In this document: piece after piece, positions 7,923-15,876 of the stretch
Layout of the letters: each line of letters begins with the position of its first letter
How positions within the stretch are numbered: position 1 is the first letter of the stretch
Origin: Candidatus Saccharimonadota bacterium
GTDB taxonomy: Bacteria > Patescibacteriota > Gracilibacteria > UBA4473
Length of the DNA stretch: 32,000 bases
Assembly (NCBI GenBank): GCA_020632335.1
Contig: JACKFV010000001.1
Location: 30,001 to 62,000, forward strand
Reading direction: 5' to 3'
Translations under genes and position numbers: made by a program
Notes under the pieces: generated by a model
The model's input: only the letters and a program-made list of their open reading frames with translations
What the model was told of the DNA's origin: nothing
The model's database searches: none

Positions 7923-7975
7923 ACAGCAGGGGCAAGGGTGCCAGCGGAGCACCTCTACACGGGTACACAACGTGA

Positions 7976-8003
7976 ATTATCCTCATTTTGTGCTGGGAGT
8001 CAA
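7976..8003 (-). promoter_or_regulatory. Putative promoter of the membrane-protein pair: TTGACT-16-GATAAT
   Basis: Minus strand: -35 TTGACT (8003..7998), 16-nt spacer, -10 GATAAT (7981..7976). The -10 ends 5 nt before the TTG at 7970 and 53 nt before ATG 7922. Confidence 0.5.
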
Positions 8004-8022
8004 TCTCTCTTTTGCGCCTTCA

Positions 8023-8050
8023 TTGACACCCCCCCCTGCCGCTCTACTCT
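8023..8050 (+). promoter_or_regulatory. Putative promoter of the lipoprotein/FN3 pair: TTGACA-16-TACTCT
   Basis: Perfect -35 TTGACA (8023..8028), 16-nt spacer, TACTCT (8045..8050). A leader follows, containing AGGAG (8053..8057), before ATG 8074. This is a leadered contrast to the leaderless genes. Confidence 0.5.
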
Positions 8051-8073
8051 ACAGGAGATAAAAAGAAATAAAC

Positions 8074-8454
8074 ATGAAACCCCTCTATACCGCTTCTTTA
8101 CTGGCATTTTGCGTTGTGGTACTCACGGGTTGTGGAGTTTTTTCTCGAAAAGACAGCACCACAAACACCACCCCTGAGGCCCCAGTAGCCACTGTGCCGG
8201 GCACGCCCTCGACCATCATGACGCCCCCAGAACAGGTCAAGCTCAACTCCCTGGTGTGCGATACCTACTTTGAGGACCTCATGAGTTGCTTTGAACAATT
8301 CCCTGAGGCGCAACGCCCGCAGCTGGTGGAGCAGCTCTACGCGGCTAAGAAGTCGCTGCTGGTCTTCCCTACCGAGCTGCGTGGCGAGGAGTGCCGCAAC
8401 GCCAAGGCCGAGGCCATAAACGTCTATGCGGATATGGGCTGTACCTTCCGCTAG
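8074..8454 (+). CDS. Small lipoprotein, unknown function
   Basis: MKPLYTASLLAFCVVVLTGCG is a signal peptide with lipobox L-T-G-C. It is followed by a T/P-rich linker and a helical domain with four Cys. Confidence 0.75.
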   Translation: MKPLYTASLLAFCVVVLTGCGVFSRKDSTTNTTPEAPVATVPGTPSTIMTPPEQVKLNSLVCDTYFEDLMSCFEQFPEAQRPQLVEQLYAAKKSLLVFPTELRGEECRNAKAEAINVYADMGCTFR

Positions 8455-8526
8455 ATCCGCTAAGAGATGCCCAGGGTTGACGGGGAGCGAGAGATCACTA
8501 GTGTGGAGCTGTTAGCCCTCCCCTAC

Positions 8527-9744
8527 ATGAAATATCTCCTTCCCGTTGGTGCGCTGCTGCTCACCAGTCTCTGGCTGCCACTGGCCGATGCGAAAGTCAT
8601 GAACCCCAGCGTCGAGCTGCTGGGCGATAACCAGCTCCGCATAGACTGGGACGCACTGAGCGACGATGAGGCCGCGAAGGGATTCCGTGGCTATGGCGTA
8701 CAGTGGTCTGAGAGCCTCTCGGACCTGGATAGCGACGACAGCATGCGCCAGGTGCTCTCCGGGCTCAGCAATACCTCAGTGGATATCTACCGCTATGGGA
8801 TTGGCTCGGGGGATACGCATTACTTCCGTGTGCATGCCTACTTTGAGGATAGTAATGGGAAAAAGGTCTACACGCATGGGTCTGATGTGGTGAATTTTGT
8901 TTGGTATGGAGATAACACCAAGACCTCCAGCATCATCACCAAGAACGAGCTGACCCTAGACCCCACCACCTACACGCCTGCCAGCACGGGTGACGAAGAT
9001 ACCGACACCACGGCCGACGACTACACCTTCCCCAAGATGACGCTCAAGCGCTATGATACCTTTATCATTGCGCAGTACTCGCGGCCCTTTGACGTGCCCA
9101 AGACCTACCTGGACGGCTACTTCATCGAGGTAGCAACGGACGCGGCGTTCCAGCATATCCTCACCACCGCTACGGTGAATGGCGCGGACCTCACCAGTGT
9201 GCGGGTAAATGGCCTGACACCGCAGACCAAGTACTACCTCCGTGGGTACTTCTACCAGAATAAAAATGGGCAGAAGACCCGCTTCGGGAAATCGTCTACA
9301 GAGGAAGTGGTGACCCAAGCGACGCTGACCGAGAGCCAGAAGACCCGGCTGGATATGCTCCGACGACGCGGCAGCCTCAGCCTGGACGCAGATGTAACGG
9401 TGCACGTTGGGGGTGAGGACGCAGCGGAGAGCTATACCGATAGCGCACTCCCCTCCTCTGATGTGACGCTGACGGCCGATAGTGATCGCTTCAAGAAAGC
9501 CCTGGCGTCCAGCAATATGAAGGAGGTAGAGGCCGAGATTATCCGCCTGCAGAAGCAGATACAGGAGCTGCGCCGCCGCTTGGTGAGCCTGCGCAACACT
9601 ACCCGCAGCCAGAACGTCCGCAGCACCAGCAGTACTACTGGCACGACGGCTGTGGTGACCCAAACGGGCATCACGACCGACGCAGATGATGGGGTGCGCA
9701 AGACGTCTCGGAGCTTTGAGACCTGGGCGCGATACCGGCAGTAG
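8527..9744 (+). CDS. Secreted protein with two FN3-like modules and a C-terminal coiled coil
   Basis: Start at ATG 8527 (MKYLLPVGALLLTSLWLPLADA, signal peptide). FN3-like strings are LRIDWDAL..GYGVQWSES..THYFRVHAY and YFIEVATDAAF..VRVNGLTPQTKYYLRGYFY. Heptad-like MKEVEAEIIRLQKQIQELRRRLVSLR lies near the C-terminus. Confidence 0.65.
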   Translation: MKYLLPVGALLLTSLWLPLADAKVMNPSVELLGDNQLRIDWDALSDDEAAKGFRGYGVQWSESLSDLDSDDSMRQVLSGLSNTSVDIYRYGIGSGDTHYFRVHAYFEDSNGKKVYTHGSDVVNFVWYGDNTKTSSIITKNELTLDPTTYTPASTGDEDTDTTADDYTFPKMTLKRYDTFIIAQYSRPFDVPKTYLDGYFIEVATDAAFQHILTTATVNGADLTSVRVNGLTPQTKYYLRGYFYQNKNGQKTRFGKSSTEEVVTQATLTESQKTRLDMLRRRGSLSLDADVTVHVGGEDAAESYTDSALPSSDVTLTADSDRFKKALASSNMKEVEAEIIRLQKQIQELRRRLVSLRNTTRSQNVRSTSSTTGTTAVVTQTGITTDADDGVRKTSRSFETWARYRQ

Positions 9745-9770
9745 GGCTGGCGTTGACTGATATGCAGATG

Positions 9771-9797
9771 AAAAAGAGGCCTTGTGCCTCTTTTTTT
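9771..9797 (+). terminator. Rho-independent terminator after the FN3 gene
   Basis: aaaaAGAGGC-cttgt-GCCTCTttttttt: 6-bp GC-rich stem, 5-nt loop, 7 T. The A-tract upstream could make it bidirectional. Confidence 0.8.
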
Positions 9798-9809
9798 CTT
9801 GGCTAGAGT
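9782..9809 (+). promoter_or_regulatory. Putative leaderless promoter of the HTH/S24-like gene: TTGTGC-16-TAGAGT, then 7 nt to the ATG
   Basis: -35 TTGTGC (9782..9787) sits in the loop and right arm of the preceding terminator, and the T-tract forms the spacer. -10 TAGAGT (9804..9809), gap GGAGGAG, ATG 9817. Confidence 0.4.
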
Positions 9810-9816
9810 GGAGGAG

Positions 9817-10458
9817 ATGCTCCCCGAAACTGACCCCATAGCCGCTCGTATCCGTACGCTGATGGACTCTCAGAAAGTCACCATGGGGCAGCTGGGGGCC
9901 GTGATAGACCCCACGGGGAGCCAGCAGTACATCACGCAATACCAGCGCGCGCGGCGCTTCCTCGACGGAGAATTGATGACACTGCTGAAGCTCAAACGCG
10001 TGGCGGAATACTTCAACGTACCGCTCAGCTCCTTGACGGGAGAGAGCCCGGACCCCGCACTGCGCGCCAGTTATGTCTCGGTGCCGCATCTGTACAGCCT
10101 GCAGCACCTCCACCCCAAGAGCCCGGACACGGCCCACATACGTGGCTGGGTGAATGTGCCGCTGCCCAGTAATATGGGGTTTATTCAGGCCGTGACGATG
10201 CAGGGGCACTGGCTGCACCCCCGGGTACGCGAGGGGGACCTCATGCTGCTACAGAGCGTTGCAACGCTCACCCAGGGGCAGGTGCAGGTGCTGCGGCTGC
10301 ACACGGGGGTCATCCATATGGGGGTGACGGAGGAGAGTACACTCCCCAAGCACTACCGGCTCCTCCGGCCAAGGCAGGGCACCACGGTGGCAGACATCCC
10401 CGTCAAAGACGTGGCCGAGCGATACCAGCTCATCGGGTTGCTGCAGGTGCTGCTCTAG
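9817..10458 (+). CDS. XRE-type HTH plus S24 (LexA/CI-like) domain protein, apparently lacking the catalytic Ser/Lys
   Basis: N-terminus IAARIRTLMDSQKVTMGQLGAVID..ITQYQRARRF fits an XRE HTH. C-terminus FIQAVTMQGHWLHPRVREGDLMLLQ..GQVQVLRL..YRLLRP..LIGLLQVL aligns by eye to the S24 core V.GDSMEP.I.DGD.V.V, with GDSM replaced by GHWL. Confidence 0.6.
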   Translation: MLPETDPIAARIRTLMDSQKVTMGQLGAVIDPTGSQQYITQYQRARRFLDGELMTLLKLKRVAEYFNVPLSSLTGESPDPALRASYVSVPHLYSLQHLHPKSPDTAHIRGWVNVPLPSNMGFIQAVTMQGHWLHPRVREGDLMLLQSVATLTQGQVQVLRLHTGVIHMGVTEESTLPKHYRLLRPRQGTTVADIPVKDVAERYQLIGLLQVLL

Positions 10459-11351
10459 TGCCCTGCAGGTGTGGAAAAGAGAAAGGGATAGCTGCGCAGC
10501 ACCTGCATGGCTGGTGCGGGGGTCTTGCCGGGGATCTGCAGCGTGCGGAGGTAGAGCTGAGTCCCCCCAGCGCAAGAGATGGGGACAGCGTCCTCCTCAG
10601 GGCTGGGGCTGATGGACAGCAGCTTCACCGGGCCCATAGCGGCCTCAATGTACACCCCTGGCCAAGGGGTAAAGGCGCGATACTTCCGGAGGATTTGCTC
10701 TGCGGTGTGGGTAGTGCAGTCCACTTCTCCGTCGGCTCTGGTGAACTTCCCACAATAGCTTGCGGCCGAGTCGTCCTGTGGCATGGGGGTCAGCAGGCCG
10801 CTACAATACTCGGCTACTATCTCTGGCAGCACCTCGGCAGTCATGGTGCTCATCGCGTCCCACGCGGTAGCGGTGGTGTGGTGCTGCAGGCTCATGGCTT
10901 CTTGGTAGAGGACGTCGCCGGTATCCATCGCGTAGGCCATGCGCTGCACGGTGATGCCTGACTCGGTATCGCCCTGGAGGAGAGCGCTCTGCACGGGGCT
11001 GGCTCCGCGGTAGGCCGGCAGCAGGCTGAAGTGCACGTTGAGAATGCCATGGAGCGGCAGGGTCAGCGCTTCCTCAGGGAAGATAACCCCAAAGGCGATC
11101 ACCACCGCGATGTCGCAGGAGAGGGTCTGCAGGAGCTGCAGCACGTCTTTCTTCCGCTCGGCATGGTAGACGGGCAGCCCGAGGGCATCAGCCGCAACGT
11201 GTACCGGGCTGGGGGTGAGCGTCTGGTGGCGGCCTACGGGCCTCAGCGGAGCGGTGACGACCCCAATAATCTCTATCCCCTCTGCCGCCTGGAGGGCCTG
11301 GAGAGGCTGAACAGCAATGGCGGGGGTGCCGAAGTAGAGCAGACGGATCAT
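10455..11351 (-). CDS. fmt: Methionyl-tRNA formyltransferase
   Basis: MIRLLYFGTPAIAV..VVTAPLRPVGR..NVHFSLLPAYRGASPVQSALLQGDTESGITVQRM are Fmt signatures. 298 aa. Confidence 0.9.
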   Translation of the reverse strand: MIRLLYFGTPAIAVQPLQALQAAEGIEIIGVVTAPLRPVGRHQTLTPSPVHVAADALGLPVYHAERKKDVLQLLQTLSCDIAVVIAFGVIFPEEALTLPLHGILNVHFSLLPAYRGASPVQSALLQGDTESGITVQRMAYAMDTGDVLYQEAMSLQHHTTATAWDAMSTMTAEVLPEIVAEYCSGLLTPMPQDDSAASYCGKFTRADGEVDCTTHTAEQILRKYRAFTPWPGVYIEAAMGPVKLLSISPSPEEDAVPISCAGGTQLYLRTLQIPGKTPAPAMQVLRSYPFLFSTPAGH

Positions 11352-11357
11352 ACCCCT

Positions 11358-11385
11358 ATGATGCTGCGAGTGACGCTATGGTCAA
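11358..11385 (-). promoter_or_regulatory. Putative leaderless promoter of fmt: TTGACC-16-CATCAT, then 6 nt to the ATG
   Basis: Minus strand: TTGACC (11385..11380), 16-nt spacer, CATCAT (11363..11358), gap AGGGGT, ATG 11351. Confidence 0.4.
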
Positions 11386-11396
11386 GCTCTTCTGGC

Positions 11397-12173
11397 TCAG
11401 AACCCCAGCACGGTGCCCCAGTACCAGGCTAGTATCTGTGGGCCATAGCAGAGCATAACCAGGTAGCTGAGCATGAGAAAACCGCCCATGGGGACGGTCG
11501 TCCGGGTGCGCTGTGGGCGGAGCAGCAGCGGAATAACTGCGAGGAATCCTACCCAGTAGGCGCCAAAGAGCGCCGCCAGTATGACCGGGTATCCTAGGCT
11601 CAGCCCCATATAGAGCCCCAGGTCTATGTCTCCCTCCCCTACCCACCGGCCCCTACTCAGCCCGTACTGCAGCGCGTAGAACCCCGCGCCGATGCCTCCC
11701 CCCAGTAGCCCCATCTGCCAGGGGAGCCCACTCCAGAAGACGAGAAATACCGCCGCCCACGCTATAGCCGGGAGGGATATGCGGCGGTCTACCACCATAT
11801 ACTGCGCGTCGTAGAGGCCCAGCAGGAGGGCAAAAATGCCGGAGATCCAGTACGGGAGCGCTGTCACACTCAGCCCAAAGCGGTGATAGAGCAGCAGGAA
11901 CACCCCCGCCGTAAGCAGCTCATACCCCAGGTACCAGACGCTGAGCGGAGCACTACAGGAGCGGCACCGCCCCCCCAACCAGGCGTAGGAGACCACCGGG
12001 AGCAGCTCATACCACGCGAGGGAGTGCTGGCAGTGGTCGCACTGGCTACGGCCAAGGAGCATGCCGCCCGTGCCGTGGTAGAGCCGGCTGATGAGCACCC
12101 CAAAGAAACTCCCGCAGAGGAGCCCCAGAGCGCCTATAGCGCCATACGCCAGCCAGGGAGCTAGGAGCGGCAT
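11397..12173 (-). CDS. pilD: Type IV prepilin leader peptidase (A24 family)
   Basis: N-terminal Cys pairs (CDHC..CRSC), then WYELLPVVSYAWLGGRCRSC and a polytopic membrane domain. 258 aa. Its start overlaps the holA 3' end by 13 nt. Confidence 0.85.
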   Translation of the reverse strand: MPLLAPWLAYGAIGALGLLCGSFFGVLISRLYHGTGGMLLGRSQCDHCQHSLAWYELLPVVSYAWLGGRCRSCSAPLSVWYLGYELLTAGVFLLLYHRFGLSVTALPYWISGIFALLLGLYDAQYMVVDRRISLPAIAWAAVFLVFWSGLPWQMGLLGGGIGAGFYALQYGLSRGRWVGEGDIDLGLYMGLSLGYPVILAALFGAYWVGFLAVIPLLLRPQRTRTTVPMGGFLMLSYLVMLCYGPQILAWYWGTVLGF

Positions 12174-13129
12174 ATGCGGGTGATAAGCGACAGGAGTAGC
12201 TGGTAGAGCTCGCGGTCATCATCGGCCTCACTGGTGACGCCCCCAGATTTCATCGCGGTATCGGCCTCCAGCAGCTGGCCGTAGAACTCCCGGAGCTCGG
12301 TCATGGTGAAGTACTTTGCTAGTGGCACTGTCTTCTGCACGACAAAGGGATGGAGCCCCGTCGCCTTGGCAATGCCGTCAGTGTGGTGGTCCAGCGCATA
12401 GCGTAGCTGCGTGAGGATGCGGATCTCCCGCTGCATCATCGCGAGGACGGTATAGGGGCTCTCCCCCGCGCTGAGGAGCCTTTCCAGCTGCTGCAGTGCC
12501 TTTGCTTCCTCTCGGCGGCTGAGGGCCTCGGTGAAGTCCCATATGATGGCCTCCGGGTGTGGCAGGCAGAGCGTCTCTACCAGTGCTGGGGTGACCGGCC
12601 CGCCATGCTGCGCGAGCTTCTCTATCTCCTGGTGCAGGTGCCAGAGGTTCTCACCACACCAGCTGAGCAGCGTACTGGCCATAGTGGAGGAGAGCGTCAG
12701 GCCGCGCTGCTGTGCCTGAGTGAGGACCCACTGGAGGAGCTCTGGCTGCTCGAGGAGGGGGTAATTCTCCACCGTGCAGCTGGCCAGCAGGTATTTGCTC
12801 CACCGTAGCCGCTTGTCTATTTTCTCGGGGAAGAACACCACTGTGGTGTCGGTCACGGTCTCGAGGGTTGTCAGTAGCCCCATTTTCTCGGCCGCGTCGT
12901 ACTTCTCGGGCGTCCAGAATCCTCTGCAGATGACCAGCGACCTACTGGCAAAGAGCCCCACGCTCAGCACTGCTTGCTGGAGGTCGGTCACCGTATGCTC
13001 TGCGCTGAGGTGGGTGAGCGTGCCCTCGGGGTACTTCTCGGCAAACTGCTGCGCGTAGTACCGCAGCCGCTGGGTGCTCCGGTAGTCGTCCTCTCCCATC
13101 AAGAGTCGTAGATGCGCATGAGGAGCCAT
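12161..13129 (-). CDS. holA: DNA polymerase III delta subunit (HolA-like)
   Basis: 322 aa. N-terminus ..LRLLMGEDDYRSTQRL.. and overall helical pattern resemble HolA. Call is by family resemblance, with no sharp catalytic motif. Confidence 0.65.
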   Translation of the reverse strand: MAPHAHLRLLMGEDDYRSTQRLRYYAQQFAEKYPEGTLTHLSAEHTVTDLQQAVLSVGLFASRSLVICRGFWTPEKYDAAEKMGLLTTLETVTDTTVVFFPEKIDKRLRWSKYLLASCTVENYPLLEQPELLQWVLTQAQQRGLTLSSTMASTLLSWCGENLWHLHQEIEKLAQHGGPVTPALVETLCLPHPEAIIWDFTEALSRREEAKALQQLERLLSAGESPYTVLAMMQREIRILTQLRYALDHHTDGIAKATGLHPFVVQKTVPLAKYFTMTELREFYGQLLEADTAMKSGGVTSEADDDRELYQLLLSLITRICRS

Positions 13130-13135
13130 AGCCAG

Positions 13136-13163
13136 AGCATAGCCCGCAGAGGCTGGTTGGCAA
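13136..13163 (-). promoter_or_regulatory. Putative leaderless promoter of holA: TTGCCA-16-TATGCT, then 6 nt to the ATG
   Basis: Minus strand: TTGCCA (13163..13158), 16-nt spacer, TATGCT (13141..13136), gap CTGGCT, ATG 13129. It fills the 41-nt gap after the ABC-F stop. Confidence 0.55.
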
Positions 13164-13170
13164 TGCTGCT

Positions 13171-14961
13171 TTAGCTGGTGGTGCTGAGGGAGTCCAGCGT
13201 GTGGTGGAGCTGCTCGAGCGCGGTGAACTCCTCCTGGACCTGCACGGTGAGCCGTGCCACCTCTACCGAGAGGTCATAGATGCGCAGCTGCTGGCCACGG
13301 GCATGCGCGGTGCTGAGCTGCTCAGTGGCGGCCTGCAGCGCTGCCTCGGTGGCGAGGATACGCTCCTCCATCTCCGCAACCTGCTTCTCATAGGGTCTAC
13401 GAGCCCGCCGCAGCTCTTTCTCGTGCCGATAGTCGGGGTTACTGGGCTTGGGAGGAGTGGTCATTGCGGGGGCCGTATTCGTCCAGCCCCTATGCGTGAG
13501 GAAGGCGTCATAACCGTCGCGGTACTCAAAGATCTGCCCATCGTCAAAGACCACCAGCTTCCTGGCAAAGCTCCGCAGCAGCGCCTCATCATGCGTGACG
13601 CACACCACCGCCCCTGGGTAGGCCTCTAGCGCTGTGGCGAGCGCCGCGCAGCTCTCCATATCCAGGTGGTTAGTGGGCTCATCCAGCAGGAGCAGATTAT
13701 GGGGCTGCAGCATGAGTTTGCCCAGCTGGAGCCGAGAACGCTCACCCCCACTCAGCACCTTTAGCGCCCGGTAGCGCTTCTCTCCTGTGAACATAAGGCT
13801 CCCACAGAGCTTATGAATCTCCTCATCACTGTGCAGCGCGCTATAGCTCCGCAGCTCCTCAAAGACCGTCCGCTCCATACTCGGCAGGCCGTGGTGCATC
13901 TGGCGGAAAGAGCCCAGCGCGGTGTCCTTGTTGTACTTCACACTCCCACTAGTGGGGGGACGCACTCCGGCGAGGACCTCCAGCAGCGTGGATTTCCCTC
14001 GGCCGTTGGGCCCCACGATGGCGATGCGGTCCTGCGGGGCGATGGTCAGGCTGAGGCCGTGGAGGAGCTCGGGCGCGTCTGGCGCGTACTGGTAGCGGAG
14101 CGAGGAGGCCTTCAGCAGCGCGTCAGCCTCAAAGGGGAGGGCGCTAAACGAGAAGCGCACGGGCGGAATCGGCGGAAGTTTGGGCAGGCGTTTCTGCTTC
14201 GCGATGGCCTTGATGCGGCTCTGTACCAGCCCTGCAGACCGTGCCCCGGCTCGAAAATTCCGGAGAAACTCCGCGGTCTGCTCGTCTTTTTTCTCTTGGT
14301 TTTGGCGCGTGCGCTCGTGGATTTCCTCCTCCGCCAGCAGCAGCTCCTGGAGTTTCTCGGGCCCTCCAGCGACCTTCCGTACCCCCTGCCGATGGATGGC
14401 CATGGTGTGGGTGACCACCGCCTCCATGAAGGTACGGTCATGCGTCACCAGTACGATGGTACCCTTCCAGTGGCGCAGCATACCCTCCAGCCAGCGGAGC
14501 GAGGTGATATCCAGGTAGTTGGTGGGTTCGTCCAGCAGGAGGATATCCGGGCGACTGAGCAGTGCGCGTGCCAGGAGTATCCTCACCTGGAACCCGCCGC
14601 TGAAGTGCTGGGGGGGCAGGTGCTGCTCGGCCTCGCTAAACCCCAGGCCATAGAGCAACTTGGACGCCAGCCAGGTGTGGTGCGCCTCATGAGCGCGTAG
14701 CCCGGTGCAGGCCTCAGCGTGTACGGTAGGCTTTGTGAAGGCCACATGCTGCGAGAGTCGCTCGAGGATGGCCCCCTCCTGCAGGTGTATCTCGCCCTTC
14801 TCGGGGAGGATATCCCCCGCGATCATCTGCAGCAGCGTGGTCTTGCCGTGGCCGTTGCGTCCCATCAGCCCGACGGTCTCGTTCTCGTGGATGGTAAAGC
14901 TGACCTCTTGCAGCAGGGTATGGTTGCCGTAGGATTTGGTCAGGCCGTGCGCGCGTATCAT
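13171..14961 (-). CDS. ABC-F family ATPase (two ABC domains, C-terminal coiled coil; Uup/YheS-like)
   Basis: Two Walker A sites ([18 protein letters not shown]), two signature/Walker B pairs ([17 protein letters not shown]; [18 protein letters not shown]) and no TM domain. Start set at ATG 14961 ([12 protein letters not shown]); the track extension to 15198 is a non-homologous R-rich tail. Confidence 0.9.
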   Translation of the reverse strand: MIRAHGLTKSYGNHTLLQEVSFTIHENETVGLMGRNGHGKTTLLQMIAGDILPEKGEIHLQEGAILERLSQHVAFTKPTVHAEACTGLRAHEAHHTWLASKLLYGLGFSEAEQHLPPQHFSGGFQVRILLARALLSRPDILLLDEPTNYLDITSLRWLEGMLRHWKGTIVLVTHDRTFMEAVVTHTMAIHRQGVRKVAGGPEKLQELLLAEEEIHERTRQNQEKKDEQTAEFLRNFRAGARSAGLVQSRIKAIAKQKRLPKLPPIPPVRFSFSALPFEADALLKASSLRYQYAPDAPELLHGLSLTIAPQDRIAIVGPNGRGKSTLLEVLAGVRPPTSGSVKYNKDTALGSFRQMHHGLPSMERTVFEELRSYSALHSDEEIHKLCGSLMFTGEKRYRALKVLSGGERSRLQLGKLMLQPHNLLLLDEPTNHLDMESCAALATALEAYPGAVVCVTHDEALLRSFARKLVVFDDGQIFEYRDGYDAFLTHRGWTNTAPAMTTPPKPSNPDYRHEKELRRARRPYEKQVAEMEERILATEAALQAATEQLSTAHARGQQLRIYDLSVEVARLTVQVQEEFTALEQLHHTLDSLSTTS

Positions 14962-14968
14962 CCTCACC

Positions 14969-14996
14969 AGTGTAGTGCGAACTCTCCTGCTGTACA
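14969..14996 (-). promoter_or_regulatory. Putative leaderless promoter of the ABC-F gene: TGTACA-16-TACACT, then 7 nt to the ATG
   Basis: Minus strand: TGTACA (14996..14991), 16-nt spacer, TACACT (14974..14969), gap GGTGAGG, ATG 14961. Confidence 0.45.
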
Positions 14997-15106
14997 GTAG
15001 TTGCCGCCGCACCATAACTCGCCGCAGTGTCGAGCCTATTGCGCTGCTGCCCCTTGCGCTGAGAGACGGCATTACTAGGCTGGGGCTGTTTTCTTTCCTC
15101 CCTCCT

Positions 15107-15808
15107 ATGAAATACTTCTTGCCGGCTCTGGCCTTCGGGCTCCTGCTCACCGGGTGTGTGTCGTCCCCCAGTAACTCGAGTACTCCTGGTAACAGCACCT
15201 CGACCGACCCCTACGCGACGGAAACCACCACTACTACCACGAGCAGTACCGCTCCCACCACCACTTCTCCTACTAGCACTGATACGATGAACACGCCTGA
15301 TACCTCTGTTGCCGCTGCGTCTCTTGGGGCAGATCAGCTCGCGCTGGAGACCAATATGGGCACCATTATCATCCAGCTGCAGCCCGACGCCGCACCGAAG
15401 AACGCCAAGAACGTCTATGACCTGGCCGCTGCGGGCAAGTATGACGGCACGCTCTTCCACCGGGTGATAGAGGGGTTTATGATACAGGGTGGCGACTATG
15501 AGAACGGCAACGGTACCGGTGGTCAGGCCTTCACCGGGGGGACGCTCAATGACGAGATCAACCCTGCCTACAGCCATGTGCGCGGTACGGTAGCTATGGC
15601 GAACCGTGGGCCAAATACTAATGGGTCGCAGTTCTACATCGTGCAGCAGGACTCTACTTTCCTCGACGGGGGCTATACCATCATCGGGAAGGTCGTGAGC
15701 GGTATGGATACCGTTGACGCCATCGCCGCAGTAGAGACCGGCGCTGCTGACCGGCCCGTGCAGGACGTCACCATCACCGCAGTGCGCACGGGTGTGTGGG
15801 AGGACTAG
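15107..15808 (+). CDS. Cyclophilin-type peptidyl-prolyl cis-trans isomerase, lipoprotein
   Basis: [17 protein letters not shown] (lipobox), an S/T-rich linker, then [38 protein letters not shown], the cyclophilin signature. Confidence 0.9.
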   Translation: MKYFLPALAFGLLLTGCVSSPSNSSTPGNSTSTDPYATETTTTTTSSTAPTTTSPTSTDTMNTPDTSVAAASLGADQLALETNMGTIIIQLQPDAAPKNAKNVYDLAAAGKYDGTLFHRVIEGFMIQGGDYENGNGTGGQAFTGGTLNDEINPAYSHVRGTVAMANRGPNTNGSQFYIVQQDSTFLDGGYTIIGKVVSGMDTVDAIAAVETGAADRPVQDVTITAVRTGVWED

Positions 15809-15832
15809 TCCCCTATTATGCCAGTACAGGAG

Positions 15833-15861
15833 GCCCTCTTGCGTTGCAGGGGGGCTTTTTT
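15833..15861 (+). terminator. Probable rho-independent terminator after the PPIase gene
   Basis: GCCCTC (15833..15838) pairs with GGGGGC (15050 offset corrected: 15850..15855), including one G.U pair. 11-nt loop, followed by TTTTTT (15856..15861). Confidence 0.6.
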
Positions 15862-15876
15862 GTCAAGGGGAAAGCG

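Noticed and set aside
9810-9816. GGAGGAG immediately upstream of the HTH gene ATG, considered as a Shine-Dalgarno sequence.
   Set aside because: GGAGG ends only 2 nt before the ATG, too close for SD function. The -10 box at 9804..9809 suggests this stretch is the short gap of a leaderless promoter. Its status cannot be settled without TSS data.
8956-10218. 420-aa minus-strand ORF spanning the FN3 gene 3' end, the terminator and the HTH gene. Similar long antisense ORFs: 15979..17415 (478 aa), 18751..20016 (421 aa), 30271..31308 (345 aa), 28671..29618 (315 aa), 13813..14700 (295 aa), 14714..15577 (287 aa).
   Set aside because: All are in phase with, and antisense to, genes with clear homology. 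Their products are R/G/H/P-rich low-information sequences with no motifs. Such shadow ORFs are expected when sense codons TTA, CTA and TCA are rare in GC-rich genes. Several run straight across terminators or promoters.
10441-10471. 9-nt direct repeat CTGCAGGTG flanking the CTAG stop overlap of the HTH-S24 and fmt genes.
   Set aside because: The repeat is short, both copies lie within coding sequence, and the other two CTAG junctions show nothing comparable. Probably chance.
14962-15198. N-terminal 79-aa extension of the ABC-F ORF, and the 57-aa extension of the PPIase ORF (14936..15106).
   Set aside because: The extensions overlap each other on opposite strands and have no homology. The internal ATGs give a canonical ABC N-terminus ([12 protein letters not shown], with the TACACT-7-ATG signature) and a canonical lipoprotein signal peptide.
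15150-15300. S/T-rich linker of the PPIase lipoprotein, and the P/T-rich tail of VanW (28690..28900), considered as DNA repeats.
   Set aside because: These are low-complexity protein linkers typical of exported proteins. No exact tandem nucleotide repeat unit was found.
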